The translations under genes and the position numbers were made by a program. Shown piece by piece: positions 26,337 through 37,021 of a DNA stretch of 64,000 bases. The stretch comes from a virus, in the IMG/VR virus record IMGVR_UViG_3300025410_000016, positions 1-64,000 of that record. One strand, 5' to 3'. Positions within the stretch are counted from its first letter, which is position 1; every line of letters begins with the position of its first letter. Under the pieces are notes generated by a model. The model worked only from the letters and a program-made list of their open reading frames with translations, was not told where the DNA came from and ran no database searches.

Positions 26337-29300
26337 CTGAACCTGTGAACGTGACCGTCGGCGCTGCGTCCGTTGGACTCGCAGTGTCGCTTCAAGATCA
26401 GACCGTCGCCCTCACCGCTCCGGTGGGGGCTGCCAGCGTCGCGCTTGGAGTCACGGTCGGCGGGGCGGTTTCGTTCTCGCTCGGCACCATCGACCCGGTC
26501 TACTCCGTCGGAGTTGGTTCCGCGGCATCTATCGGCGTCTACTCCGCATCGGTCGGGCAACTCGGCGTCGTCGCTCTCGGAACGGATCTCGGTGGCACCG
26601 CAGCATCTCCGATCGTTGTCGGTCTCGACGGGACCCCGCTCGGTCCGCTCGCGGTCGCGAGCGTGGGGCAAGTGCTGCAGTGGAACGGCACAGCGTGGGT
26701 CCCCGGCACGATCACCTCGGGCGTGACTTCGGTCAATGGAGCGACTGGCGTCGTTGTCCTCAACGCTGCCAGCGTGGGGGCGGACCCGGCTGGCAGCGCC
26801 GCTGCTGCTTCAATGCAACTTCTGCCGCTCTCTGGCGGGACGCTCACGGGTCCGCTGGCGGGGACGAGCGCGTCGTTCTCTGGCGAGATCGTCGCTCAGG
26901 ACTTCTCTGCGACCGGCATTGGCTCGGCATCTGCAGGGGCGCGGTTCGTCGGCGGGACGACCTCCGGCGCTCCGACGAGCGGGACGTTCAATGCTGGAGA
27001 CTTCATCATCGACCAGACCGGCAAGATCTGGTTCTGCAACGTCGCCGGTTCCCCTGGCCAGTGGTTCACTGCTGGGAAGACGGCGGTGGTTCGGTCAACC
27101 TCTGCGAGCGTTGGCCCGAACGAGCAGACGGTCTGGAACGGCACCACGGCTGCTCAGACTCTCACGCTCCCTACTGCGGCAGTGTCGGGCTACACCAACA
27201 TTCTGGTGAACTACAGCACTACGCTCGCCGGGTCGGGAACGGTCACGATTGCCCCGAACACTGGCCAGTCGCTCAACTACTTCGGCAAGACTGGCAACTA
27301 CAACTTGAGCCAAGGCGAAAGCGTCATCTTGTCTTACGTTGCCACGAGTGCGACGACGGGAACGTGGTACGCGGTCGAGGCGAACAACCTCGCCTACGCC
27401 TTCTTCCCTGAGGCAAGCATCACGGCGACTGGGTCGACGCTCAACAACGCTGCTCCGCTTGCACTCGGCTACAACCTCGTAACGGGCGCGACGGCGAGTG
27501 CGAACTACGGCTCTGGGACTGGCGTGATCCTGCCAAAGCCCACCATCCTCGGCACGCAGATCCTCGTCGAGAACACTTCAGCGAACTGGTTGGTGATGTA
27601 CCCGACTCCGGGCGGCAACATCGACGGTGGCGGGCAGGACAGCCCCGTTTGGCTCCCTCCGAACTGCGTCTGGACTGGCGTCTTGAACTCCCTAAGCCCC
27701 GTTGCTTGGACGAGCCTCGTTCCCGGCATGGTCGGCTCACCTGGCCAGACGACGATTGCCTACGGGTACGGGAACGCCTCTGTCGGACTGACCACGACCG
27801 GCGTGTCGGCGAACACCTACGGGCTGTCAGCCTCGACCTCGCCGACGTTGACGATCGACTCCTACGGGCGCATCACGGCGGCGTCCTCTACCCCTATCGT
27901 TATCCCCGCTTCGCAGTTGTCCTCCGGCTCCGTCAACACGACCGCTGGACAACTGACGGGTGGCGGTGCGCTATCGAGCAACCCGACGCTCGGCCTTGCG
28001 ACGAGTGGAGTGTCTGCGAATACCTACGGGCTCTCGGCGTCGACTTCGCCGACCTTGGCAATCGACGCCTACGGGCGCACCACCGCAGCATCTTCAACGC
28101 CCATCGCCATCCCGCACACCTCGGTCACCGACTGGGCGTCGAACGTGAGCGCTCTCGGTCTGAGTGTGCAGGCTGCCACTGGTGGCACGACGTGGAACGG
28201 GACTGCGGCTGACGGTGGGACGATCGTCCAGTGGACCGGCTCGGGCACGTCGACCTACAACCTGCCGACGACGGTCCCGTCGACTCCGTGGTGGGTCATC
28301 GTCACCAACTTGAACACGACCGGCAACGTGCAGTTGGCTCCAGGGTCGAAGTTGCTCAACAACGGCAGTACGGGGTACACGGTCCAGCCTGGCCAGTCCG
28401 CTCTGGTCTGGTCCGACGGATCGAACTACCAGATGTTTGCCAACTTCTCCCCGGCCACCTACACCTTCTTGAACAACCTCGCGACTGCGTTCACCTTGAT
28501 TACTACATCGGCGTCGGTGTTCCAGGGATCGACCAACACTAGGGTTGTGTTCACCGGCTCGGCGTTCGGGCAGACAGTGACGTTCCCTTGTTACTCGGCT
28601 GGCGCCATCAACATAGTCACCAACGACTCATCGCAGCCAATCAACATCGTAAGTGGCAACACGGCTGGGACTGCCGGTGTCGGCGTCATCACGAAACTCG
28701 ACGGGACGACGACGGTCGCTGGTGGTGTTGGCTCCGCCTCCGTCTCCGGAACTCCAACCATCACGAGCGGTACGGGTGGGAGTGTCACCGTCGGGGCTGC
28801 GACCTTCCCGTTCCCTGCCTCTGGTGGTTCGATCTACGTCGTCCACAATGGCGCCGGGTATGCCATGCCTTACACGTCCTACTCGGCGAGCACGTTTGTC
28901 ATTCCGAGCACCTACTCCGGCCCGACCGTGACGCTTGGGCCGAATGACTTGGTGACCTCGTACGGGTTTCTGTTGTCGCCGAACTCTTCGGTGATGATGC
29001 TCCAGCAGACGTCGACGGCGTGGTGGGTCGTGTCTCAGAGCAGCAGTGCGAACTCACTCTACGGCGGTCCGGTGTGGAACTACGTCCCGCTGACCAACAT
29101 CTTGACCTCTGCGATCACCAACGGGTCGACGATCACATCTCTCTCGACATCTGCTCTGCCGTATGCAATCAACGCCGGGTCGGTCCAACTTGTACTCGGG
29201 GCTACGAATCAGATTCTCGCGACAAGTGGGGCGTCCGTCGGGTCGACGAGCATCCCCATCACTGGATCTCCGGTGGCATCGTTCGGCGCATCAGTTGGGA

Positions 29301-32300
29301 CTGGGATCTTCCCGAACAGCATCACGCTCCAGAGCCCGTGGACTCACGCAGATCAAACCGGAACTGCATGTCAGTTGGCGGTCGGCCTAACGAGCGGCGT
29401 ATCGAGCGGGTCAACGCTGACCGTGTCGCCGCTGAAGTTCGCTCTGCCAAGCGGGGCAACGGTCTACGTCTTCGCTAGCACGTCCACCTACCAGGCGTTC
29501 ACCCTGACGGCGCGAGCCGAGATTGGGGCGACAACGCTCTACGTGACTGCACAGACCGCGAACGCTACGTACAACACCGCCACCAGAGTGGTCGTGGTCG
29601 GCTCGGGAACAGTGACTCTGACGCAGAATGTCTACTTGCCTGCTGCGACTGCTGCCGGGCAACAGGTCGTGGTCGAGCGGACGCTTGGCGTCGCAATGAC
29701 GGTGTATGCCCCGACGAACTCGACTCTCGGTGGCAATAACTCCTCTTACACCATCCAAGCCGCTGGAGCCAACCTGGGAGCAGTAGTCGTGTTCCAGAGT
29801 GCCACTGGCGGAGAATGGCAGCCGGTTGGATCGTTCTCTACTGACTTTTCCCACGGTTACCAAGTCTCTGGCACGCTGGAAATGTACAACAACTCGCAGT
29901 TTCGAGCGGTCCCAACGACGTTCACGTCGGCGCAAACGCTTGGGTCGGGTAGCGGCCAGTACCAGAACCTGTCGATGCTGTTCTCGAACTCATCCACGAC
30001 CCCGTACACCTCCACGTTCGGGACGTCGATGACGACGGGCATCGTCATGTGGATTGAGAACTCTGCATCGTCGGCTGGCGCGGTCATCTTCAACTGCGCT
30101 GGGACCGGGACCATCGGAGGACTCTCTTCCTTGACGCTCCCTCCAGGTTCCAGCATGTGCGTTCGAGTTGACGTCGCGGGGAATAACCCCGTCATCGCCG
30201 TGCTCGGTTTCTTCGGTCCAAACAGTGTCGAACCGGCGACGCTGCTCGAAGGGCTGCCGTTCACGGTGTACGGCCACTCGTTCACGACGCCGCTGCAGAA
30301 CAACGCGATCTCTTGGCCTCCCGCTCAGGGCGGCACCTTCGCCCCGGCTGGGAACGGACTGGCATGGTCATGGCCGAACCGAGTCGCGCTGCGACTGCGG
30401 ACGATGGACTATGCGCTCGGTCGCCTCGGCTCGCTCCGCCTCGGAGGCATCCCCGGCACGACCCTGGCGACTACGGCGAACACGATTGTGTCTGGCAATG
30501 GCCTGCGGAACTCTGGTGGTGTCTCGGACGCTGACGCCTACAGCGACCTCCAGTGGAACCCCGGTCATGGCGCTGTCGCAGGATCGTACGGCTTGACTCC
30601 TGCATCTGGGCTGACGACGCAGAGCGCAGCGGACCCCGGAATCGTGGCGATGAGTTGTGCAGTCAACGACGCGACCGCTCAGACCCTCCACCAGAACTCC
30701 GTCTTCGGCGGATGGTGGACAATCATGCACCGGGGCGGCACGGGCTACTCGTCGAACAACCTCTACATGTGGAGGGACTACGGCATCACGTTCCAGGGAA
30801 CGGGGCTCAACGCGAACTCGAACGGGATCGTAGGTAACGGTAGCAACTCGTACAGCACGCTCTACTGCTCGCCGCTGCCCTACACGATCTCATCTGGGCA
30901 GACGTTCCTGATTGCTAACGGTTCGTCTCTGGGCAACGGGGCTTCGTACCTGGCAGCGACGGCGAGCGCTACTGCCTCCATCGGAGCGACGCAAATCAAC
31001 ATCAACACCGTGACCCCTGCCTCCGGCTCATACTCGGTGAGTCAGACGTCCAGCCCGGTGAAGATGTACCCCGCCTACCTTCTCGGCACCGAAGCGACCG
31101 CCGCTGCATGGAGCACGGCGACCTCCGCAGCAAGCGTGCAGGCAGCGCTCGCTGCGCTGAACTACTCAACGACAGTGAAGGTGTCGACGCCAACATCACC
31201 AACGGTGTCCACGACGAACGGCTCGACCTCTGCATCAGTGACGTCAGGGACAACCTATGCAGCGGACTACTTCCAAGTCGGCGACTACGCCACGATCAAC
31301 GCGGCTGGTTACACCGTCGCATCCGTGGGACCCGCGTCAGTCTTCCTCCTCGGCAGCAATGCTGGGTCGACCGGGTCCTACACGGCGACCATCGTCAACC
31401 GCTACCGCTTCTACTACACGACTCCCGCTCCCGTTGCGGGGGCGGGGTCACTCCTCGGGAACCCGGTGTCTCTAGTCGGCATGGCTGGGGCGGCCCAAGA
31501 CACGGTCACCACAGCGTACGGGGGCTACACCAGTGACACGCCGCTCTACACCATCCCGCAGTCTGGCATTATCACCACGACAGCGGGGACGACTTCAGCA
31601 AGCATCCCCGCAGCAGGCACCATCACGACGACTCGCGGGTCGCAGATCGCTTCATTCACTGGGCCTCCTCCTGCTCCTGGCCAGCCCATCTGGATTGCTG
31701 GGGCGGGACTGAGCGGTACGCACTTCCAGACCAACGTCCAAGGGGTCGGCGTGGCGTGGGGCTTGACGGCCTCGCAGGTCCGGCTGGCGAGCGCCGCGAG
31801 CGCGGGCACCGGGTCGAGCGCGAACTGGTGGACGGTCCCCGCTCAGTACGACGCGATCCAGTCCGCCCCTACGGTCCTGACAATCACGCCTGGGGCGACG
31901 AGCGGCAACGCTCAGGCGACTGGTGGATACCTCACTGCATGGTACGGAGGGGCGTCCGCGGTTGTCTCGTACAACACTCCAGCATCGGCTGTCGCGACCG
32001 CCCTGCAAGGTCTCACGATCGGTTCTGGGGCGTCTTGCTCGGCAACTGGTGGGTCGGTGAACTCTGCTGCCACTGTCCTGACGTTCACCTCTCCAGTCGC
32101 CGGGCTCTGGGTCGACTTCTCGACGCTCACGACGAACTTCGGCATGGCCGGTGGCTACACCGCGGCCTGGACGACGGCGAGCGCGAGCGGCACGTTCAGC
32201 GGTGTCCCGACATGGAGCGGCACGCCCTTCTCGTCCAACCTGACCTGCACAACTGCTGCGACGATGGCAGCGGCTGCATCGGTCAACGCTCGCCTCGCAT

Positions 32301-33916
32301 CGAGCCAGTGGTATGGCGTGAGCAGTGCGATCTACGGTGGAGCGGGCTTCGCCGGGGTCAAGGCTGCGTGGAAGAACGGCCTGACCGCGTCGCTGCGGTG
32401 GTTCAAGTCTGACGCTGGCGCAGCGAACAACGGCTACGCAGCCTTCAGTGGCCCGAACAAGGCGACGACGACCCTCCCATCAACTTCGACTACCCGATGC
32501 ACCACGAGCATTTACGGCGCTGCCGTGCCGCCCGGCTACACGGGTGGGCAGTTCCCCTGGGGGCAGGTCATCTACCTTCAAGGTAACGGTTTAGACACTT
32601 CGCTTTCATGCCCGCAAGTGGGCGCGTACGCGACGGTAACGGGTGGCGGTTTCACTACGGTCAGCGGGACTGTCCTGTATGTCGGCCCGAACTCGTCGTA
32701 CTTCGTGATTAGCAACGCGACATCACAGAGCACGCTGAGCGGCATCGTAGCGAACTACACTCTCGGTGGCGCCAGCGTCGGGGCAGCATCGGTCTCCCTC
32801 AACGGCTCAACCACTCCAGTTGTCGGCGACTACCTCTATGACGTCGTGGTCGGACACACGAGTTATCTGGCCACGGGAACGAAGATCACGTCAGTGACGG
32901 GAGCCTCTCCGAACTGGGTTGTCGGCTTGAGCGCTTCGGTGGTTACGGCAGCAACAGGTGACGTGGTCACCATGAGCACGTACGACTTGCTGACGGCGAC
33001 GTTCAATGACTGGGTGACTGAGGCAGACTCATACGCCACGGGCACACCGACGTACACGTCGAACACTAACTTCGGTGGCTCTGGGAACCAGAGCGCTACA
33101 GCGCCGAACGCTGGAGTCGTGAACCTGGGCTGCTCGAACACCTACGGCAGCACCATCCGGACGACCAGTGTCTCGTCGACTCCTCCGTCGTACGTGCTCA
33201 CGGTCAACGACGCTCAGAGCGCTGGCGAAGTCATCGCCCTCTACCCCGTCTACCCGTACCAGAACAACGACCTCACGGTGTCCAACAGTTACTCCACGGG
33301 CTTCTCGATGGTCGCCAGCGTCGGCCAGACGAGGTACGGCGTGCGCACCTATGGGATGCCGTCGGCGAGGACTCCCTTGCAGACGAGCCCGCTGCGGACG
33401 CAGGGCACGGTGGCGGCTCCGCTCTCGGTGACTGGTGGGTCGGTGAACACGGTGACCATCACCAAGCCTGCTGGGGACACCCTCAGCCCGACGCTCCACA
33501 CGGGTCTGCCGGTGGAGTTCGACTGCGTCTTCACCACGACGCAATACCCGCCACTCGTCCTTCTCGTGGCGGAGTACTCACCACCGGCGCAGACGCTGCT
33601 CTTCATGTCACAAGCCTTCTGCGAACTCATGCAGTCGTACGCGGACGTGTCGAGTCAATCGGAGTTCGCATGGTACGTGGTGACCGTGCCTCCGATGACG
33701 ACTCTTCTCGCCAGCGATCTCAACGGCTCGACCTACCAGCAACTCCACCCGAACAACACCGGCCAGCAGAAGATGACGACGTACCTGTCGAACTGGATGG
33801 CGGCGAACGTGCCGCTCTGGTACTACGGGCCGCTCCCCTTCAGCCGGTACAACTCTCAAGGCATCGCACTGAGCGCTGGCACTACCGGCCTCGGCTCACG
33901 TATCGGCTACGCCTAG
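26333..33916 (+). CDS. Giant (~2,527 aa) fibre/spike-like virion protein with a dispersed SGNH-hydrolase-like domain
   Basis: Fibre motifs DLGGT..P.V, GQVLQWNG, VTSVNG.TG.V.L, LPLSGGTLTG, TIDSYGRIT, GAPTSGTF..GD...AGSPG.W; G/S/T/A/V-rich; VYGHS...AVND...LHPN..G; GTGA overlap. Confidence 0.8.
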   Translation: MTEPVNVTVGAASVGLAVSLQDQTVALTAPVGAASVALGVTVGGAVSFSLGTIDPVYSVGVGSAASIGVYSASVGQLGVVALGTDLGGTAASPIVVGLDGTPLGPLAVASVGQVLQWNGTAWVPGTITSGVTSVNGATGVVVLNAASVGADPAGSAAAASMQLLPLSGGTLTGPLAGTSASFSGEIVAQDFSATGIGSASAGARFVGGTTSGAPTSGTFNAGDFIIDQTGKIWFCNVAGSPGQWFTAGKTAVVRSTSASVGPNEQTVWNGTTAAQTLTLPTAAVSGYTNILVNYSTTLAGSGTVTIAPNTGQSLNYFGKTGNYNLSQGESVILSYVATSATTGTWYAVEANNLAYAFFPEASITATGSTLNNAAPLALGYNLVTGATASANYGSGTGVILPKPTILGTQILVENTSANWLVMYPTPGGNIDGGGQDSPVWLPPNCVWTGVLNSLSPVAWTSLVPGMVGSPGQTTIAYGYGNASVGLTTTGVSANTYGLSASTSPTLTIDSYGRITAASSTPIVIPASQLSSGSVNTTAGQLTGGGALSSNPTLGLATSGVSANTYGLSASTSPTLAIDAYGRTTAASSTPIAIPHTSVTDWASNVSALGLSVQAATGGTTWNGTAADGGTIVQWTGSGTSTYNLPTTVPSTPWWVIVTNLNTTGNVQLAPGSKLLNNGSTGYTVQPGQSALVWSDGSNYQMFANFSPATYTFLNNLATAFTLITTSASVFQGSTNTRVVFTGSAFGQTVTFPCYSAGAINIVTNDSSQPINIVSGNTAGTAGVGVITKLDGTTTVAGGVGSASVSGTPTITSGTGGSVTVGAATFPFPASGGSIYVVHNGAGYAMPYTSYSASTFVIPSTYSGPTVTLGPNDLVTSYGFLLSPNSSVMMLQQTSTAWWVVSQSSSANSLYGGPVWNYVPLTNILTSAITNGSTITSLSTSALPYAINAGSVQLVLGATNQILATSGASVGSTSIPITGSPVASFGASVGTGIFPNSITLQSPWTHADQTGTACQLAVGLTSGVSSGSTLTVSPLKFALPSGATVYVFASTSTYQAFTLTARAEIGATTLYVTAQTANATYNTATRVVVVGSGTVTLTQNVYLPAATAAGQQVVVERTLGVAMTVYAPTNSTLGGNNSSYTIQAAGANLGAVVVFQSATGGEWQPVGSFSTDFSHGYQVSGTLEMYNNSQFRAVPTTFTSAQTLGSGSGQYQNLSMLFSNSSTTPYTSTFGTSMTTGIVMWIENSASSAGAVIFNCAGTGTIGGLSSLTLPPGSSMCVRVDVAGNNPVIAVLGFFGPNSVEPATLLEGLPFTVYGHSFTTPLQNNAISWPPAQGGTFAPAGNGLAWSWPNRVALRLRTMDYALGRLGSLRLGGIPGTTLATTANTIVSGNGLRNSGGVSDADAYSDLQWNPGHGAVAGSYGLTPASGLTTQSAADPGIVAMSCAVNDATAQTLHQNSVFGGWWTIMHRGGTGYSSNNLYMWRDYGITFQGTGLNANSNGIVGNGSNSYSTLYCSPLPYTISSGQTFLIANGSSLGNGASYLAATASATASIGATQININTVTPASGSYSVSQTSSPVKMYPAYLLGTEATAAAWSTATSAASVQAALAALNYSTTVKVSTPTSPTVSTTNGSTSASVTSGTTYAADYFQVGDYATINAAGYTVASVGPASVFLLGSNAGSTGSYTATIVNRYRFYYTTPAPVAGAGSLLGNPVSLVGMAGAAQDTVTTAYGGYTSDTPLYTIPQSGIITTTAGTTSASIPAAGTITTTRGSQIASFTGPPPAPGQPIWIAGAGLSGTHFQTNVQGVGVAWGLTASQVRLASAASAGTGSSANWWTVPAQYDAIQSAPTVLTITPGATSGNAQATGGYLTAWYGGASAVVSYNTPASAVATALQGLTIGSGASCSATGGSVNSAATVLTFTSPVAGLWVDFSTLTTNFGMAGGYTAAWTTASASGTFSGVPTWSGTPFSSNLTCTTAATMAAAASVNARLASSQWYGVSSAIYGGAGFAGVKAAWKNGLTASLRWFKSDAGAANNGYAAFSGPNKATTTLPSTSTTRCTTSIYGAAVPPGYTGGQFPWGQVIYLQGNGLDTSLSCPQVGAYATVTGGGFTTVSGTVLYVGPNSSYFVISNATSQSTLSGIVANYTLGGASVGAASVSLNGSTTPVVGDYLYDVVVGHTSYLATGTKITSVTGASPNWVVGLSASVVTAATGDVVTMSTYDLLTATFNDWVTEADSYATGTPTYTSNTNFGGSGNQSATAPNAGVVNLGCSNTYGSTIRTTSVSSTPPSYVLTVNDAQSAGEVIALYPVYPYQNNDLTVSNSYSTGFSMVASVGQTRYGVRTYGMPSARTPLQTSPLRTQGTVAAPLSVTGGSVNTVTITKPAGDTLSPTLHTGLPVEFDCVFTTTQYPPLVLLVAEYSPPAQTLLFMSQAFCELMQSYADVSSQSEFAWYVVTVPPMTTLLASDLNGSTYQQLHPNNTGQQKMTTYLSNWMAANVPLWYYGPLPFSRYNSQGIALSAGTTGLGSRIGYA
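27782..28113 (+). repeat. Internal ~42 aa duplication in the fibre gene
   Basis: GLTTTGVSANTYGLSASTSPTLTIDSYGRITAASSTPIVIP versus GLATSGVSANTYGLSASTSPTLAIDAYGRTTAASSTPIAIP. Confidence 0.85.
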
Positions 33917-33938
33917 ACCTGCGCCCACGGAGGCAAAC

Positions 33939-34886
33939 ATGACCATGACCAGCGCGTACGCACCTTTTGATGTCTCGTACAGTCAGCGGACTCCGTACTT
34001 GACCGTTACGGAGTACCAGAACGCCCCGACCGCTTTAGACATCGGTAACCTTGTGGCAGGTGGTAGCCCTCTCGTTCAGCAACAGGCGCTCCAAGAGGTC
34101 ATTGGGCGCGCCTCGTCTTGGATGGATCAGTTCTGTTGCGGAGCGTGGGGGACCCTTGCTGCGACGCAGAACATCGAGAACGGTCGAGTGTGGGGGAATC
34201 GTAATGGGCAGTTAGTCGTCCACCCGAAGTACTGGCCCATCTTGTCGGTGGACACCTTCTCCTACAGCGCCATTGGTGGGAACCAGTGGGGAGTAGGTGG
34301 TCTGTCCGGTGGGTTTGGAACGACCGCCGCTTCGATCACCCCGGCGGGGAACATCTGGATTGAGCCACAGCAGTTCGTGGTGTCTCCTTCTGGTGTGTCA
34401 TCATGGAACGTCAACTCCGCGCAAGGCATCGGCACCGCCGAGTACTTCTGCGAGTGGACGTACACGAACGGTTGGCCGGTCACCACCTTGGCGGCTTCGG
34501 TCGCTGCAGGGTCTCAGTCGATCACGTTGACGAACGTGACCGGGATCTTCCCCGGCACCGCGCTCACGCTGTACGACATGCCCAACGATGAGCAGATCCA
34601 AGTGGCGTCGACCTACTCGGTCGGCGCTTCGGTTGTGCCTCTGGTGTCCCCGCTGCAGTACACCCACTTCAGCGCCATGGCGACCAACCTGCCCCCGGCG
34701 ATCAAGCAGGCAGCGATCCTGGCGACGACGGCGTTCATCAAGGAGCGGGGGTCCGGTGCACTCGTGGTGAACGACATCGGTGAGGTCACCCACAGTGAGC
34801 AGGGATCAGTCCAGAACAGTGCCGGCGATTGGGCACAAGCGGAGTTCTTGCTCATGCCGTTCCGTCAAACGTTCGTGGGGTACTAA
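33939..34886 (+). CDS. Head-tail connector/adaptor-like protein with a beta-rich insertion
   Basis: PYLTV.EY, I.RAS.WMD.FC, P.YWPILSV, YT.GW, LPPAIKQAAIL, A..LL.PFR; ggagg RBS. Confidence 0.65.
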   Translation: MTMTSAYAPFDVSYSQRTPYLTVTEYQNAPTALDIGNLVAGGSPLVQQQALQEVIGRASSWMDQFCCGAWGTLAATQNIENGRVWGNRNGQLVVHPKYWPILSVDTFSYSAIGGNQWGVGGLSGGFGTTAASITPAGNIWIEPQQFVVSPSGVSSWNVNSAQGIGTAEYFCEWTYTNGWPVTTLAASVAAGSQSITLTNVTGIFPGTALTLYDMPNDEQIQVASTYSVGASVVPLVSPLQYTHFSAMATNLPPAIKQAAILATTAFIKERGSGALVVNDIGEVTHSEQGSVQNSAGDWAQAEFLLMPFRQTFVGY

Positions 34887-35398
34887 TGCCCAAGACCGAA
34901 GTCCGCAACGCGATTGAGGCGTACCTCACCCCACAGAAGTCGAACATCACTCACCTTGGGGCGGTGTACCCCGCGCTCCCGAAGGTGGCGAACGAGAGCG
35001 ACCTGTTCGCGTTCGAGCCGCCCGGTACTGGTGTTGGTGCGCTGATCTTCATGTTCATCGAGTCCCAAGAAGAGACTCGCATTGCGTTCGGTGGTCCCTA
35101 CAACGGGCGCAAGTTTCGTCCCTACACCTTGGCGCTGCTGTGCGTCATGAAGAGCGACCTGCGGACTGCTGCGGAAGGACAAGCCGAGTTCGATACGTTT
35201 ATCGACTCCCTCACTGCGTACATCCAGGCAGACCGCAACGCCGGGGATCCCTCGGTGATCTTCCAGTGGGGTGAGGGTGGCGAGCGTTCCGGCCCCGACC
35301 TACGTATTGACTACCCCGTGCCGAAGACGAGCAAGGGTGGGGTCATGATCTTTCAGGCGGTGGCCCGCATCACCGTCTGTGAAGTGCTCGACACCTAG
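34886..35398 (+). CDS. Putative tail terminator / tail completion protein
   Basis: TAATG overlap; size and position between connector and tail tube. Confidence 0.55.
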   Translation: MPKTEVRNAIEAYLTPQKSNITHLGAVYPALPKVANESDLFAFEPPGTGVGALIFMFIESQEETRIAFGGPYNGRKFRPYTLALLCVMKSDLRTAAEGQAEFDTFIDSLTAYIQADRNAGDPSVIFQWGEGGERSGPDLRIDYPVPKTSKGGVMIFQAVARITVCEVLDT

Positions 35399-35409
35399 GA
35401 GGCAACGCC

Positions 35410-35661
35410 GTGAGCACATACAAGTACGCCTACGTCGGCGACCAGCCAACTGTCTTCACCTCTCTGCAGAACGAGGACGGGACGACTTGGGTTCCGGCGA
35501 AGGGCGAGGTGATTGAGTTGAGTGAGCCGGTAGCACACCCGCTCCTCCGCTTGGTCACGGCAGCACCCGTCATTGAAGTTGATGACGTAACCGACCCAGA
35601 ACCGGACGACGTGCCGGACAGCGACCCGGTCTCTGAGCCGGCGAAGAACGAGGAGAAGTAA
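35410..35661 (+). CDS. Small hypothetical protein preceding the tail tube gene
   Basis: aggagg RBS; acidic, Pro-rich tail. Confidence 0.6.
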   Translation: MSTYKYAYVGDQPTVFTSLQNEDGTTWVPAKGEVIELSEPVAHPLLRLVTAAPVIEVDDVTDPEPDDVPDSDPVSEPAKNEEK

Positions 35662-35663
35662 CC

Positions 35664-36653
35664 GTGCCATTTTTGACCGCGAACTCCTACTTTGGCCTTG
35701 CGCCAGAGTCGACCTACGGAACGGCGGCGTCGATTGCGACGTTCACCCCCGTGACGAGCCCGAAGGTCGCCAACGACGTGACGTGGCTAGACGACAGCGC
35801 CTTCCGTGGCTCCCCTGTCGATCACTACGATCAGGTCCCTGGCGTCATCAAGGCTGCCTACGACGGGAAGACCTACATCTTCTCCGACGTGTTCCCGCAT
35901 CTCGTCAGAGCCGCCCTCGGTTCGACGGACAGCGTTGGTGCCTCGGTGACGGTGGTGAACTCTGCCGGCGCATCGGTGACCGCTTACCCGCACACCATCG
36001 GTCTGCAGAACCAGGCCAACACCGGGTCCCAGGCTCCGTCGTACACCATCATCAACGACTCGGTCGACAACTCGTACCAGTTGACCGGTGCTCGTCTGAG
36101 CGACCTGGCGATTGCGGTGTCGGTGGACGCGGCGATTGACGCCACGTTCTCCTTCATGGGCAACGCCGCTTCGGTGGTGGCTTCGGTCTCCCCGAACGAG
36201 TCGACGCAGCACTTGGTCCCGGCGTGGAGCACGTCTGCGTCCATCAGTGGTGCATCGGTGGCGGTGATTGAGTCCCTTGAGATCAACATCAAGCGCAACG
36301 CCACCTCGATCCACACCCTTGGACAGCAGGGTCCTTACAACAACTTCCAGTCGCCGATCTCCGTTGAGGGCAAGTTCCTCTTCGTGGTTGAGGCGAACGA
36401 GACGTTCTACGCCAACGCCTTGCAGCGTGCTCAGTTGCCGGTGCGGCTGCAGTTCACTGACCCGGCCACTGGTTACAACGTGGTTGTGCAGATGTCTGCG
36501 GTCCAGTTGGAAGCCCCGGTCATTGACCAGAGCAAGTCCTACGTGACCTTGCAGGCCAACTTCGTGGCCGTCGCCAACACCACCGACGCGGTGGCGGGTG
36601 GCTACTCCCCGATCAAGTTCATCATCACGAACGGGCAGTCGACGCAGTACTAA
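35664..36653 (+). CDS. Major tail (tube) protein
   Basis: FGLAPESTYGT N-terminus, YPHTI, PSYTI, LEINIKRN; position before chaperone and tape measure. Confidence 0.8.
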   Translation: MPFLTANSYFGLAPESTYGTAASIATFTPVTSPKVANDVTWLDDSAFRGSPVDHYDQVPGVIKAAYDGKTYIFSDVFPHLVRAALGSTDSVGASVTVVNSAGASVTAYPHTIGLQNQANTGSQAPSYTIINDSVDNSYQLTGARLSDLAIAVSVDAAIDATFSFMGNAASVVASVSPNESTQHLVPAWSTSASISGASVAVIESLEINIKRNATSIHTLGQQGPYNNFQSPISVEGKFLFVVEANETFYANALQRAQLPVRLQFTDPATGYNVVVQMSAVQLEAPVIDQSKSYVTLQANFVAVANTTDAVAGGYSPIKFIITNGQSTQY

Positions 36654-36689
36654 GCCGACCCCCCTGGCCCGAAGAAAGAAGGTGCCGAC

Positions 36690-37001
36690 ATGGAGATGAG
36701 TCAACTCTTCAGCCGGCGCACTGACGCGGCAGTAGATTTCAGGCCAGACGTTCGGCCCGAGTCTGCTTCCGCGCAGTTGCGCCGGCTGTCGCAGCATTTG
36801 CGGACGGACGTTCCGCCCGCTGACGACATCATTGATTGCCCAGAAGCACTTGCCGCGTTGCGTGAGTACACGTACCGCAAGATCTTCACGCAGACCTCTC
36901 ACGAGGACTTCGTGAGGTTGGACAGCACCTCGCCAGAGGTCATTGACTGGCTGATCGCTGTCCATGAAGTAGCAAGCGACGCACACCGGCAGCGCCGGTA
37001 A
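36690..37001 (+). CDS. Hypothetical protein
   Basis: aaggtg RBS; fills the gap between tail tube and chaperone. Confidence 0.5.
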   Translation: MEMSQLFSRRTDAAVDFRPDVRPESASAQLRRLSQHLRTDVPPADDIIDCPEALAALREYTYRKIFTQTSHEDFVRLDSTSPEVIDWLIAVHEVASDAHRQRR

Positions 37002-37021
37002 CCCAAACAAAGGAGACAGAA

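Noticed and set aside
26333-33916. ASV recurrence as a DNA repeat or simple low complexity
   Set aside because: Codons differ between copies (including AGC versus TCN serine) and the motif also clusters in the normally composed tail tube protein; a formal shuffle test is still needed.
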